Origin: Paraspadella gotoi
Lineage: Eukaryota; Animalia; Chaetognatha
Assembly (NCBI GenBank): GCA_051294375.1
Contig: CM119265.1
Span: 22,072,278-22,136,277, forward strand
Direction of reading: 5' to 3'
DNA length: 64,000 bases
Made by a program: the position numbers and the translations under genes. Positions 1 through 12,662 of the stretch are shown here, in pieces (position 1 is the stretch's first letter; each line of letters opens with the position of its first letter). The notes beneath the pieces are model-generated. The model searched no databases. It saw nothing but the letters and a program-made list of their open reading frames with translations, and was not told where the DNA came from.

Positions 1-10
1 AGTTGATATA

Positions 11-3000
11 GTGTTTGGTGTTCAATCGAAAGTGGGGCCAGTTTTAATTATTGGCGATATGATATCAAAATCTTTAACCCCCGCTGATCCTCCTAACTTG
101 TATAAATCGAATATTTTATTCGATTGGTGGTCACTTCCTCGGACTTCCAAGTTAATTGTTTCTTTCAAGAACTTTGATCATAAAGCTCATATTGGAAGTT
201 TACTTATAACTTCGCTTCAATCTCTTAATAGTTTATCGGCTGTGATTATCTCTACTTTCACCGATACAGCTTTTGAAGTTTGTATGAAAACTATGAATCG
301 TCACAGCTTATTGTATTCGTTCATTGAAAACCAAATTAATCAAGTTCCTTGCTGCTGGTTATATTCTAAAGATGAGTTTGAAAACTACTTTTATGTAAAA
401 AGCTCATTAGAATTGTGTTTTGATAGCATGAAAAATTTTTTTTTAACTTATGGTGAAAATAGTAAATCTAAAACTATTAGACTAGATCACGATGAAAAGA
501 AACAGTCTGAAACATGGCTTGGTCTCAAAAAAAGTGGGAATATATTATTTGACGAAAATTCCTTCAGAGATGCTATTGAAAAGTACAAGAAAAGTTTGAA
601 ACTAATCAAAATCCAGTACGCTGAACGTATCTTCGGTAATTAGCTGTATATTTTTAACCTAATTAGCAGTCATATTTAATTTTTAATTAGCCACACGGGC
701 CTGGATAATAGAGCGTATTGAAAGTCACGTATGAAAATTCTAGTTGTTAATTATGAACAATAGAATGGAGCATTCGAGAAAAAAAATTTGATTTGAGGCA
801 ATTAACAATAATAATATTATACGAGATGGTATGATTATCAAATACAAAAAGTATTTTGCTAATATTGTTTCGGGAACAGAAAAACAATATAATATTATAT
901 AATCCTTATAAAAAAAAATTTTAAATAATTTTTTTGAAATTTTTATTAAAGATTCAGAATTTTTATAAAAAGTATATAAATATAAATATATAACTATATA
1001 ATATATAAATATATATATATATAAATATATAACTATAAATATAAAACATGTTATCATAAATTTTTTTATCTTCAGTGTTAAACTTTTTAAAAAATGTTAA
1101 AATTCTTAACTTTTTAATTTTGTAATATTAACTATTATATGATAAATTGTTTTTATCATTTTTCGCAGCTTTAATAACATATATTATAAATTATTTTTTT
1201 TCTGACAAATCTGAAACTTTTTAAAATTAAAAAAAATAATTTTTAAATTTTTTTAGATTTTTTAAGGATATTACTATAACAAAATTTGATTTGTTATTCT
1301 GTTATGCTGAAAAATTTTTTGAAAGGATTTGGTTTTTTTTATTACAAAAAATATTGTTAATTTGTTTCATATTTTCATCACTCCAGCCTAATGAACAACG
1401 TACCACCAGTAAACATTAATATATAAAAAAATAATTTTATATTTTAATTTTCGTATTAGGCTATATTTATATATAGTACTATCCTTAAGAAATGATAAAA
1501 TGTCAATTTTGATATAATATATAAATTAGCAGAAAGTATACTATATTTTAATTTGATATGTGAATAGAATGAGTCGAATGCTTTGATATCATCGCAATCA
1601 ATGAACCTTAATCATCGGCCCCATTTTTTTTTCAGATGGGGGAATGGAATTTTTAATTTGGATTCATTCGGCATCAATGAATGATTATCATCGCATCAAT
1701 GAATGATTATCATCGCTCAATAATGATCAGATCCATCGAATGATTTATCATCGCATCAATGAATGATTATCATCGCATCAATGAATGATTATCATCGCAT
1801 CAATGAATGATTATCATCGCATCAATGAATGATTATCAATCGCATCAATGAATGATATATCATCGCATCAATGAATGATATCATCGCATCAATGTGATTT
1901 CATCGCATCAATGAATGATTATCATCGCATCAATGAATGATTATCATCGCATCAATGAATGATTATCATCGCATCAATGAAATGGATTATCATCGCATCA
2001 AATGATGATTATCATCAGCATTAATGAATGATTATCATAGCATAATGAATGATTATCATAGGCATTAATGAATGATTATCAGCATTAATGAATGATTAAT
2101 CAAGCATTAATGAATGATTATCATGCATTAATGAATGATTATCATAGCATTAATGAATGATTATCATCATTAATACATGATTATCATTGCATCAATGAAT
2201 GATTGTCATTGTATCAATAATTGGTTATCATTGTATCAATAATTGGTTATCAGTTGGTTATCATGTATCTAATTGGTTTAAAGCGTAGTAAAAAGTTTAA
2301 AATTTAATTTAAATTAAAATTTTAAAATTATATTGTGTGGCCATCCCTCTGGGAAACCATCCACACCTCTCCAAATACAGAATCTCCAGATACCAGTGGG
2401 CTGTTATCGCTGATAACCTATTGCTCACTTTTGTTCATAAACCAAAGACAAGTGGGCTGTTATCTCTGATAACCCATTGCTCAATTCACCACATACTGCT
2501 GCTAACTCCACAAATTTCATATTCCATTTACGTCTCTCCACTTATCACTATCTTCTATTCAACTGTTTTATCTTAAAATGGATTCTTCTATGAAATTGAC
2601 ATAAGACCTTTCAACTTCAGTGAGAAAAAGACATAGAATTGTGGCTCTCAAGATATTCTTGGGCAGTTATTGCAGCTTTAGCTGATGCAACGAATGAAAT
2701 GAAAATTAATGCATACTCAAACATCTCCCAACCAAATTGGTGATCTTGGTCTAAAATATTTGAAACTTCCACACAAAAACAATTGGCCCGCACTGAAAGC
2801 TGAACAATTCAAAACTTGCAGATCCAATGAAAAAGCAACACTTTCAAGATATTGTGCTCTCAAATGGGATGGTAAACTTCCTTTGCATACTTTGAACATT
2901 TGGTCATAACAGAGACTCGCCTCTTGCACCCATTATTGCCGAAAACCAAGAACTATTTAGCAAGAAATACACACAAAGATTCATGGCAGGACTTCCACCA

Positions 3001-6000
3001 GATTATCAATCTTTCATTGACTTAGGCTTGCCTCCACGCACATACGATATAGAAAAAGCACGGGAACGAGCAGAAAAGTGCAAGAATTGCTCCAGAAAAA
3101 ATAAGCACCATTAGCTGCAGCCTGGACATCTCGCCCTCCGGAAGTTTCCTTTACCGCCGCTTCCATGCAGCATGGAAACTGTCTCAAAAAATCTCAGATA
3201 TGTCAAATAAAAAGCACCAATTAGAGGCACAGCAAGAAACCATCAAGCATAAATGGATTACTTGATTAGGATGAATAGAAAGAAACAAGACCTTATCTCC
3301 AGCTTGAAAGGTCAAAATATGACCAAAAATTGATTTTTCTTATCCCAGATAATTATACACTCAAGATCATTATCAAGTCAACAGCCGAATATTCACAAGG
3401 GGTATTAACTCCGAAGAAAGATATCGCCATAATTACCTGGCCCACAAGACGCTGGTCACCTATTCAACTGATCACTATATAACAAAAGATATGAAGATTC
3501 CCTGACCAACCTTATTTACAAGATATATAAAGAGGCCAAGAAGATATGAACACGAATCTGATTCAGAATAAATCCAAAGTTTTCTCTACACAATGTTCCA
3601 CATTTCATCAATTTAAAAAAAAAAAAAAAAAAAAAAACAAATGCATTTCATTGAATGATCTCAAAGTTGAATTAATATATTTTTTACCAACAAAAACACA
3701 CAAACTACTGTAAATTTTTATTCTCATACAGTTTTTCAATTAATAAACAATTTTCATTCTTAATTTATACATTGTTTTTTTATTTTTTACACATTTAAGT
3801 AACCTACATCATTTTTAACAAAACATAAAAACAAAGCATAAAAATAATCATGAAACATGAAATTCATATCCACTCAATCTGCGTTGAACAATTGAATCCA
3901 CTTAGTACAATTCAGTTTCAAATCTATATTAAATTGCATAAAACTATTTCATACTACTTTCTTTCCATTTTCCATCTTGTGTGGCATCATTTATCCATCT
4001 CATCATTCTTCAATTTGTGTGGGCTAACTCAATCTCTTGTGTCGTTCTTCACTTCACTTCCTTTCTTGGACTTCACAAAACGACTTCCTCGTGGTTGCCC
4101 TCATTTGGATATGGATTACTTCTTCACATCATTCTTCACTTCATGTTACTTAACGTTACTTATCGTTCTTTACTTCGTTTCGAACTTTATAAAACGAGGA
4201 CGTTTTATTTTACCGTGGTTGTGACGTATGTAGCAGAATAATTTGTGGTTCATTTCAAATGAGATTGAGTTCTTCAATCTCATTTGCATATTGTAGTAGT
4301 TTAGACCATTTCTCATATCTTTTCATACAGTTTTCATAATAGTCTTATTTTACGGTTTTGGCAATAGTTTTAATAGGTTTTAATAATGATTAAGTTTTCC
4401 AATTATTATTCAAATATTTCATAGTAGTATTGTCGCTTTATAAATGGAAGTATTTTTCTTGTTCTGGGAGACTGGCTCATGTTTGATAGAAGATTGTTAT
4501 TGTCAAAGGCCTAGCTATTAATCAGCTAGGATTTCAGGGTCGGTTTGAACCACTATGCCCTTTTCTTAGCTTACCACTTATAATATAATAACCATTATGT
4601 ATCTTGTGTAATAATAATAATAATGTTAAGTTGATAATACAATAAATAATGTAATTGACCACTATTGCTTCTCTTTATATTAATTCATAAACATTATCAA
4701 GTAGAACAGCAAAAAGAACAATGCGAGCATTTTACCACTAACCATAAGGTCAACAATAAATAATAATATAAGATGCCCCCCGTTAGAATATTTACGCAGT
4801 AGGTTATATTTATATTTAGTACTAACACTATAGATGTTAAAATTTCAAAATGTTTTTTTATCAGATTTTTTTGCAGATTTGGATTCGTCATAAAAAGTTG
4901 TTGAAAAGAAATTAACTCTTTTTTTAAAAATTTTTATGTTAAGTAGGTCAAAAATTTAAAAAACCTATATTTTAAGCTGTTTCGTATATTAAATTAATTT
5001 TTTTAAATTTTTAACCTATTAAATGAAAAAAAATTTTAAAATGCATTATAATTTCTTTTATCACCTTTTGATGAGGAATTCAAATCTGCCATCAAAATTA
5101 AGAAGAGTCCATTTTGAAATTTTAGTATTTCTTAATTAATTTTAGGATATATATAGCCTAATGCAAAAATTAAAAAAAATATAAATTTAATTTTTTTATA
5201 AATTAATGTTCACTGGTATTACGTTGTTCATACATGACTTTCACTATGCTCTATTGGTTATCATTGCATCAATAATTGGTTATCATATCAATTATTGGTT
5301 ATCATCGCACCAATAATTCGTTTTTTTCCAGTTTTTTCATTAATTCTTTTTGATAGTAACATCTGGCGAGATCCCTATACTTTTCAGATTTTATGAATAT
5401 AAAATATTAAGCTTTATCATAGCTTATAATTTTATTAGTTAATTACCCAAACTATCTTTGAATTATTTTTTCAAACCTTAAACTATTAGCTATTTTCATT
5501 GATCAACAACAACCTGGGGTTAATAACATATTCTGCTAATTGCCACAAAGATATGACTCTGGAAGAAGTTTGCTCTCAAAAAAGGGAAATAGCTAAATTA
5601 TGCACGAATCTTTCGCTTACAAGTTTTAAAATATTTTCCATATCAAAGGATTTCAACTTTTTATATTTATCTTTGCAATATGCTCAACGGTCTATTGATG
5701 AGGACCCAACTTGGAATAAAGGTCATGTTCGAGCAAAAATAGCCATGGAGGGATTGCACATGGATTCGAGTGAGATTGAACGATCTATTAATAAAAATAC
5801 TTCTTTAAGCCTCCGAGATAAAGCAATTGAAGATAGAATTAAACTTTCATCTAGCTTTCAGATGATAAGGAAGGATGGTCCTATTTTTTTAGTTGATCCT
5901 AAAGGAGGCGGAAATTATAAACATATGTCGGAAGCTTTACAAGCTAATCATCCGAAATTCTCTTTAATCGTAAAACCAGGAACTTATACATTCAAACATT

Positions 6001-8473
6001 CAGTCTTGATCGAGAACCGTTCAATTGACGTAATTGGAGATTTGGATACTAAATTAGATAACTTAAAAAGTTCCCCAATTATTTTTAAAAATGAACTCAA
6101 CACTGTTGGTACCTCTATTTTGATGTTGCATTTTGCGGATATTAAATTTGTACGAATAACTTTATCTGAACACAAGCATGTGCACGGAAGTCATTGCGTA
6201 AGCGCTATTAATAGTAAACTTCAAATGATTGAATGTTCGTTTTTTTCTAAATGTTCACCAGCTATTTCAGTTTGTGAGTCTTCTGAACTTATTATGAGCG
6301 AGTGTGTATCTTGCGAAGCGTACCACCCAATTTTAGTTGATGGAGCTAAAGCGTTTGCAAAAATAACAGACTGTTTTTTTTCAAAATCTATAGTTCAAGC
6401 CATTGAAGTAAGGAATCTTGGTGAAGTTGATCTTACCAATTGCCAAATTATTAATAATGGAGGCGTAGGCCTTGCTTCCAGTTTTGCTAAGAATGTAAAA
6501 GTGTCTGGTTGTTTATTTGAAGGTAATGGTAATACAAAGAGTGTTAATGAGGGATCTCTTCAGTTAAGGGGTTCACCAGCAGTTATTCATAATACCATTG
6601 TTCGGAACCAAAAGGGTTTCGGAATAGTTATAGAAGGTGGTTCTGGGGATTTTAAAGAGTTAAAAATTAGTCATTGTCAAAGTGGAGGGATGTTAGTGCA
6701 AGCTCCTCTGCACTTGGAGGACAATATCATTTCCAAAACGCGTTTTGGCTTGGTAATTTGTGGAGACATACCTGGCGAAGTTATTATGAAAAATAACCGT
6801 ATTAGCGATTGCACCTGTCAAATTATTGGACAGCATCAAACTTCGCAGAAACCTCGTATGATTGGAAATTCCCAACATGAATATCGTACATTATCAGATT
6901 TATTTGGGTTTAGTCAAAAGGTAAATATTTTTTAGCATTCTTATCGATATCCTGACCTCTAACTCCAATGACCCAATCCCATTGGATCAGAGGAGCAACG
7001 CATTATCCCAACTGCACATTCCAATCACAATCCTAACAACTTTCCTTTAAGACTGACCTAGGTTAACTGCGCTAGTGGCTGTCAGCGCCATTTATTTAAA
7101 ATTTTTTACTTATATTTACTCACAATTATTCAAATTATTCACAATTAAATGGATTTATTGAGATGAAATTTTGTGTGTAGGTAGGAAAGTGTGTGCTGGA
7201 CATAGTTTTGGTGGAATCGAGGGAGCAGAAATGGATAAAACAAGTCTCATTTGAATTTTTTTTTTAAGTTTCTCTCTCTCTCAGATAAAATGATTGAATT
7301 GTGGTGGTATATTCACACTGCCTCACGTCCACCGTCCTTCAGCCAAATCCATTGGCTCAGAGGGGGAACACACCATCCCAGGCGTAGTGTTCCATCCACA
7401 GTCCTCACGACTTCCCTCTGCGTTGGCAAAGCGAGACCGTCCTAGGGTAACCGCGCCAGTGACTGGAGGCGTCACTGAGGGTCGGAAGCCCCCAAAGCCA
7501 ACAGTGAGATGCCCCATCCCAATGGGCATCACAGGCAACCCGGCTGTTGCCATAAGATCATCAAATTATGCCAGTTGACCAAATTATGCCAGTTGACAAA
7601 AATATGCCATTTGGCTAAATTATGCCAGTTGATCAAATTATGCCAGTTGATCAAATTATGCCAGTTGATCAAATTATGCCAGTTTACCAAATTTTGCCAG
7701 TTTACCAAATTTTGCCAGTTGACAAAATTTTGAAAGATGAACAAATTATGCAAGTTGTTATTGGCGCAGCTACTGGTTCATAGGTAGATCAATTGATTTA
7801 TAGATTTTTTCTTAGATTTATAAACAAGTATGTCACGATTTGTTATGTTATTTGTTATGATCTGTTAAAATCACAAATTGAAAGTCAGAAGTGACGTGAT
7901 TTACCATCAGATTAGCTGATTACAACTTAATTATCATAGGCAGATCCGACATTGTTTGCTCAAACTTGTTTTATCTTTGAATGCTCTACCCAACAGGCAT
8001 CACAGGCAATCAAGCTGTTGCTAGAATTCTCTGTTTAGATATTTGACAGTCGCAGTATTACTTCTTTAGGTCTTTCTACTGTAAATTTTTTGTTTTATGT
8101 AAATTAATTCGTGTATAAATTCATGCATCCTAACGATACGACTCAAAATTTTTTTTCTCTTTAGCAAATGGATTCGATGTTTAAATCTCAAACGCAAAGT
8201 ATGTTTCATCCAAATCAAAAGCGATCCGTTGATCCAGTTGCGGCCGCTTATGGACTTAAGGCTGGCATGAACGATGACTTTGACCGAGTCATAGATAACT
8301 GTCAGGGGTGTTCTCTTCCAAACTATAATAATACTCACTTTCCATGTCCAGATTGTGAAGTAGAGTATTATTGTTCCGTTAAATGTATGAAAAAATGCAA
8401 AGCAGTCCATGAATTCCATTGTCTTAATTACCAAAGATTAAAAGTTATGAAGGAATCTCAATCGGGGAATTAA
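11..8473 (+). CDS. Multi-exon TPR + right-handed beta-helix + C-terminal MYND zinc-finger protein (5' end may lie outside the window)
   Basis: Exon ~11-635 ends in a TPR-like helix (LKKSGNILFDENSFRDAIEKYKKSL). Exon ~5490-6920 has a TPR end (AQRSIDEDPTWNKGHVR) and parallel beta-helix repeats (LIVKPGTY, VSGCLFEGNG). A phase-0 GT-AG intron 6921-8164 joins FSQK|QMDS to a MYND finger (CQGC..CPDC..YYCSVKC..H..HC). The exon 1-2 junction is not resolved. Confidence 0.7.
1585..2275. repeat. 22-bp minisatellite (ATGAATGATTATCATCGCATCA)n, degenerating toward the 3' end
   Basis: Roughly 25-30 visible tandem units; related units at ~5255-5320, ~11500-11530 and ~54655-54880. Confidence 0.9.
2580..3640 (+). 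mobile_element. Degraded Gypsy/Ty3-like integrase fragment
   Basis: Frameshifted remnants resembling the integrase core and C-terminal region (KWDGKLP...YN, FKVG/GPY-like motifs); many stops; ends in a poly-A run. Confidence 0.4.
7300..7554 (+). mobile_element. Solo LTR of the tRNA-LTR TRIM family (subfamily 2)
   Basis: TGTGGTGG...TTGCCATA termini, 255 bp, A box TGGCTCAGAGGG, CAGTGAC..GTCACTG and GATGCCC..GGGCATC hairpins; homologous to 35833-36084 (reverse complement) and to the LTRs at 33007-33728. Confidence 0.7.
7558..7757. repeat. 18-bp tandem repeat (AAATTATGCCAGTTGATC)n
   Basis: About 11 tandem copies, giving the spurious LIKLCQ/NWHNLI ORFs. Confidence 0.9.
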
Positions 8474-8859
8474 ATAGTAACCACGATGACTTTTACTTTT
8501 ATGAAAATGAAAAATTGTAGGATTACTTGTTTTACTAAATTAGACTTTAAAATTGTATATTAAAATTTTCAAATAAATGTAAGAACTTATTAAATTTTAA
8601 TTTTATTCTTTATTTAGAGTATATTCTTTTTTAATGTTATGGAGAGAGGGACGTTAGTGTTGTATATACTTTCTGCCCAAGTTTTCTAATTAAATATTAG
8701 ACATCATTTATTTATTGAAAATTTCAAAATATCTAAAAGTCTGAACAGAAAGGGGTGAAAGGATAATTTGTTATGGGATTAAGGTTATTTATGATTCGTT
8801 ATTGTTGAGGGTTAAGACTACAAAGTAGAATTGTATGTTCTGATAGGGATACATACCGG

Positions 8860-9860
8860 GGAAAGCTTTTTAAAGTTTACATTAATATATTGTTTTTCTC
8901 GTGCAAAATATTTTTGAATAATATTTTTAATTGACTTTTTATTTCGTTATGTGGGAGTGAGGGATATAATGTTGAAAAGTCATAGCTTTCTAAAAATTCT
9001 AAAGAATTATCTATAATCCAATAATTTTTAATTCCCGATCTTTGAAAAACTACCTTTTTTTATATATTTTTAGATATAACTATATTTTTAAATGGTTTTG
9101 AAGTAATTTTAAACTTTTTGAAAAATGTTTTGTTGGATTTTTATGAATCTTTGGGATAAAATATATGACTGGAATTTCTTTCATTTCATCTTTTACTTTG
9201 ATATCATAGTCTCGACTAAATTTTGTTGTTTTGTTATTAATAGCTTCTACTGTTTCATTGGTAGACTGATATGATTGAGAATCTATCATTTCTTCTTTTA
9301 GTTTTTTATAATAAAATTGTTTACATGTAAATATAATATTATTTTGAGCTTTATCTGCTGGTGTTATATTACATTTTTTTTATTTCTGTTCTTAAAGTAC
9401 CTTTAATATTTAGTTGAAATGTATTTTTAATCTTATTTTTACAAAACTCTATTCTATGGTTAACTAGTTTTAATATTTATATTTATTATATTAATATTTA
9501 TAATTAATATTTCTGATTTCCATGGTTTTTGTTTTCAATATTTTAGTCCAGTTTATTTTTTTAGGTAATCTATATTTTGGGCCTTTTTTTAAAATATTTT
9601 TTAAGGTTTAATTTTCTATTAAATTTAAATCTCCAGAGATAATATGTCCATAATGTAAATCTATGAAAGGTGAATTTCTACAGTTACATTCCATTAAATC
9701 TATATCAATTTTATCTACGTCCTCTGTCATTAAACATTTTTTATAGTTAATTGGTGATTGGGATTGGTCTCTGTTTATAGTTTTTAGGATCAAAAGTTTT
9801 GGTAGTTATATTGCACTAACCTGTTTAAATTATTGCGTTTGTGTTCGTTTTACGTATTCT
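8860..9860 (-). mobile_element. Degraded Penelope-like retroelement reverse transcriptase fragment
   Basis: Minus-strand peptides ADKAQNNIIFTCKQFY, YFIPKIHKNPTK and SYDFSTLYPSLPH are typical PLE RT motifs; interrupted by frameshifts. Confidence 0.75.
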
Positions 9861-10066
9861 TAATGCTTATAATTATATATTGCATATGGTTATTGTTGCT
9901 GGTTATATTCTTTTTTCCTCAAATTTAATGTTTTAAAATTTAACCAGGTTGACAAAATATGAGTTTAACTTTTTTTTTTTTAAAATTGGTCTCTTCGGCT
10001 TTTTAGAGCCCGAATTTTCTATGACTGCCGACGATCTTCTTCTTCTTCGTCATCATCATCATCATT

Positions 10067-12076
10067 ATGTCCTTTCGAGCAAAGATTCTCCCCTGGATTC
10101 GTCGCGTCCACTCTGGACAACTCGCCAAATTGGTGGAAGAGGCGGGAGGATCTCGTTCTCGATCGTCGCGGTTTAATTGGCTCGCGCTTGCTGGCATTGC
10201 AGGTCTCTGAAAATTTGTGCTTGTATTATTTTTATTTGAAATAGTAGAATATATCATATACGTGTAATTTACTTGAAGGATCTGGTGTCGCATACCATTA
10301 CGGGGGCGATTTCGTCCGCGAGTTCTATCCGTGGGTTTTGAAAGCCAAGGATCAGCCGGACGCCACTTCGAGTCCGACTAGTCCGAGGGCATCGAGATTT
10401 AGGTTCGTCTTTTCGTGTTCCATGCCATGTGCCTTGGGACATGAGCTAAAAGACACTCCTGGAATCACTCTGGACTCTTAGGGAATTCGCATCAGTGGAA
10501 CTGGACGGGGTCCCTTTTATGACTCCTCAAGACTTCCTGGAGTCGGTGACGGACGACTTTCCTCGGGCGAGGATCGGAAGGTTGCAGCTTAAAGAGTCAG
10601 AAGTCGACGATTGGCTGCAACGAATCACCCCGGGGCGAGGGGAGGCCAGTCCGGAGCTTTTTCGCAAGATGCATAACAAGGTGGAGGAATAGTCTTTGTT
10701 TGATGAAGATATAAACTAATCCTGCTGACAACATTGATGTTTATTGAATGTTTTCTCGACTCGCAGGGTATAATCTCCTTCACCGAGTACCTCTTTCTCC
10801 TCTGTGTTCTGACCAAGCCGCGGTCCGGCTTTCAAATCGCCTTTAACATGTTCGATATGGACGGCAACGAGCGCGTCGACCGCAACGAATTTCTCGTCCT
10901 CGAACGCATCTTCAGCTCCAGCGAATCCGGGGAGAGGATCGATCTCTGGAAGGCTCGAGATGAAGGCCCGAAAACAGAGGTGCCTTTGTTGAATCGATTT
11001 CAGCCGCGTGGGAATTTTTTTCTATTCGATTCTCTTTCTTTTTTTTTTTTTGTTTAAGGTCCAAAAAACTTCCCTCCTTGTCCACCTCTTTGGCCGAGAC
11101 GGCACCGAAGTTCTCAGCTTCGACGACTTCCACACCTTCATGGAAAACCTACAGACGGAGGTGCTGCAGTTGGAATTTAACGAATTCGCCCGCGGATACC
11201 GCACCATCTCCGAGGAAGATTTCGCGCGCATCCTGCTTCGCTACACCCATCTGCACGCCAGCGACTACGACGTGTATATCAAACGTTTACGGGAGCGCAT
11301 CCCGGAGGAGAAGGGCATCGCCTTCGAAGACTTCAAACAATTCTGTCAGTTCCTCAACAATCTCGATGACTTCTCCATCGCCATGAGGATGTATACGTTC
11401 GCTGGTAAGCCTAAGCTTTTTGGGTCATACCTGATTACCGTCGGGTTGCATTGATACAGAGAAGCTCTGTGTACAAAGTTTCATTGTTCACTTGTATTAT
11501 TACATCAATCAATTACTATTACATCAATCATTCTTTTTTTTTCCGTATTTTTTCATTATTTTTTTTATAGTAACGTCTGGCGAGATCACTATACTAGATT
11601 TCTTCATTTAGATCAACCTATTTCTCAAAACGAGTTTTCACGAGCGGTTTTGGTTTCGACCGGATATCGACTTCATCCTCATCTCGTCAACACAGTTTTT
11701 CAAATTTTCGACGACGACGGCGACGGCTCTCTTTCGTATAGGTGGGTTTGTGATTTTTTTTTAATACTTTTGTTTTTTGGTACAGTTTATATTGACCAAA
11801 AAATACTTTATGGTGTAGAACAAAATGCTAATGAAATTATCTGCTTTAAAAAAAAAAATTAAATTCGTTAATTACATGGCCATAGGCAGTAAAGAAATAA
11901 TGTTCAATCGCTCAATATTTTCATCACTCCACCCTAATGTTCATGTTGTCCATCGCAGGGAATTTATTTTCGTGATGAAGAACCGAGTCCAACGCGGTTT
12001 CCGCCAAGTCCGTGGCACCGATGGCGGCTGGGACGGATTCACTGCCTGCGTCAGATCGCAACTCAAGAATGGGTGA
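10067..12076 (+). CDS. MICU3: Mitochondrial calcium uptake protein (MICU2/3-like, EF-hand), 7 exons
   Basis: Arg-rich presequence MSFRAKILPWIRRV; MTPQDFLESV; GIISFTEYLFLLCVLTKP; EF-hands FDMDGNERVD and FDDDGDGSLSYREF; all introns GT-AG. Confidence 0.88.
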
Positions 12077-12662
12077 TCTGTGTCGTCCACAGATCGCGCT
12101 TTCCTCTATCGACTATCGAGTAAAAGAAAATATGCGCTCCCTGAAGATAGAATCATCGGCCCCATCCGAATCCAAAGACCTATTAAAGTCTAGTCAATTT
12201 AGTTTCGGATTTTTTATGAATTCGAATCCGTTTGTCATTTATATATATCTTGAAGGCTCGATAGTCCTAAAATTGTAGATTAGCGAATGGCTTGATTTTT
12301 TTGCAAGTAATGCTTTTCATCCGTCTCATTTTATGTTTCTGTTTAATACTATGATAACCCTTGGATTGGATAAAGGTCTATTAGACAATTATTAATTTTA
12401 ACTAATGTTAAAAGTAAACTCTTTTTGAGCATATTATGCCATTTGAAAGTTATATAATAAATTATAAACCGTTTAGTTGTAAACTCTGGTTAAAAGCATA
12501 ATCGACTTTAATCGTGGATTTTATAATTTATGCCACATATACTCGATTTATCCGTTTTCTTGCTATAAGTATAACCCGATTTTTTGATTTTACTTATGTT
12601 TTCTTTTTGAAAAGGCACGAGTCTGTCTAATTAACTTTTATGGGTCGAACTCTGAAAACATA

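Larger units (their letters stand above)
1390..5230. repeat. Inverted pair of an AT-rich dispersed repeat within the large intron
   Basis: 1393-1472 (aacaacgtaccaccagtaaacattaat...attaggctatatttatata) matches the reverse complement of ~5150-5230. Confidence 0.55.

Noticed and set aside
1585-2275. CRISPR-like array
   Set aside because: Units are contiguous with no unique spacers, there are no cas genes, and the context is eukaryotic
4440-4500. Gag zinc-knuckle remnant
   Set aside because: Needs several frameshifts; too degraded to support
9940-10010. Trans-splice acceptor before MICU
   Set aside because: A cis donor (CAG|GTTGAC at ~9948) can pair with AG 10006 as an ordinary 5' UTR intron, so it is not evidence of trans-splicing
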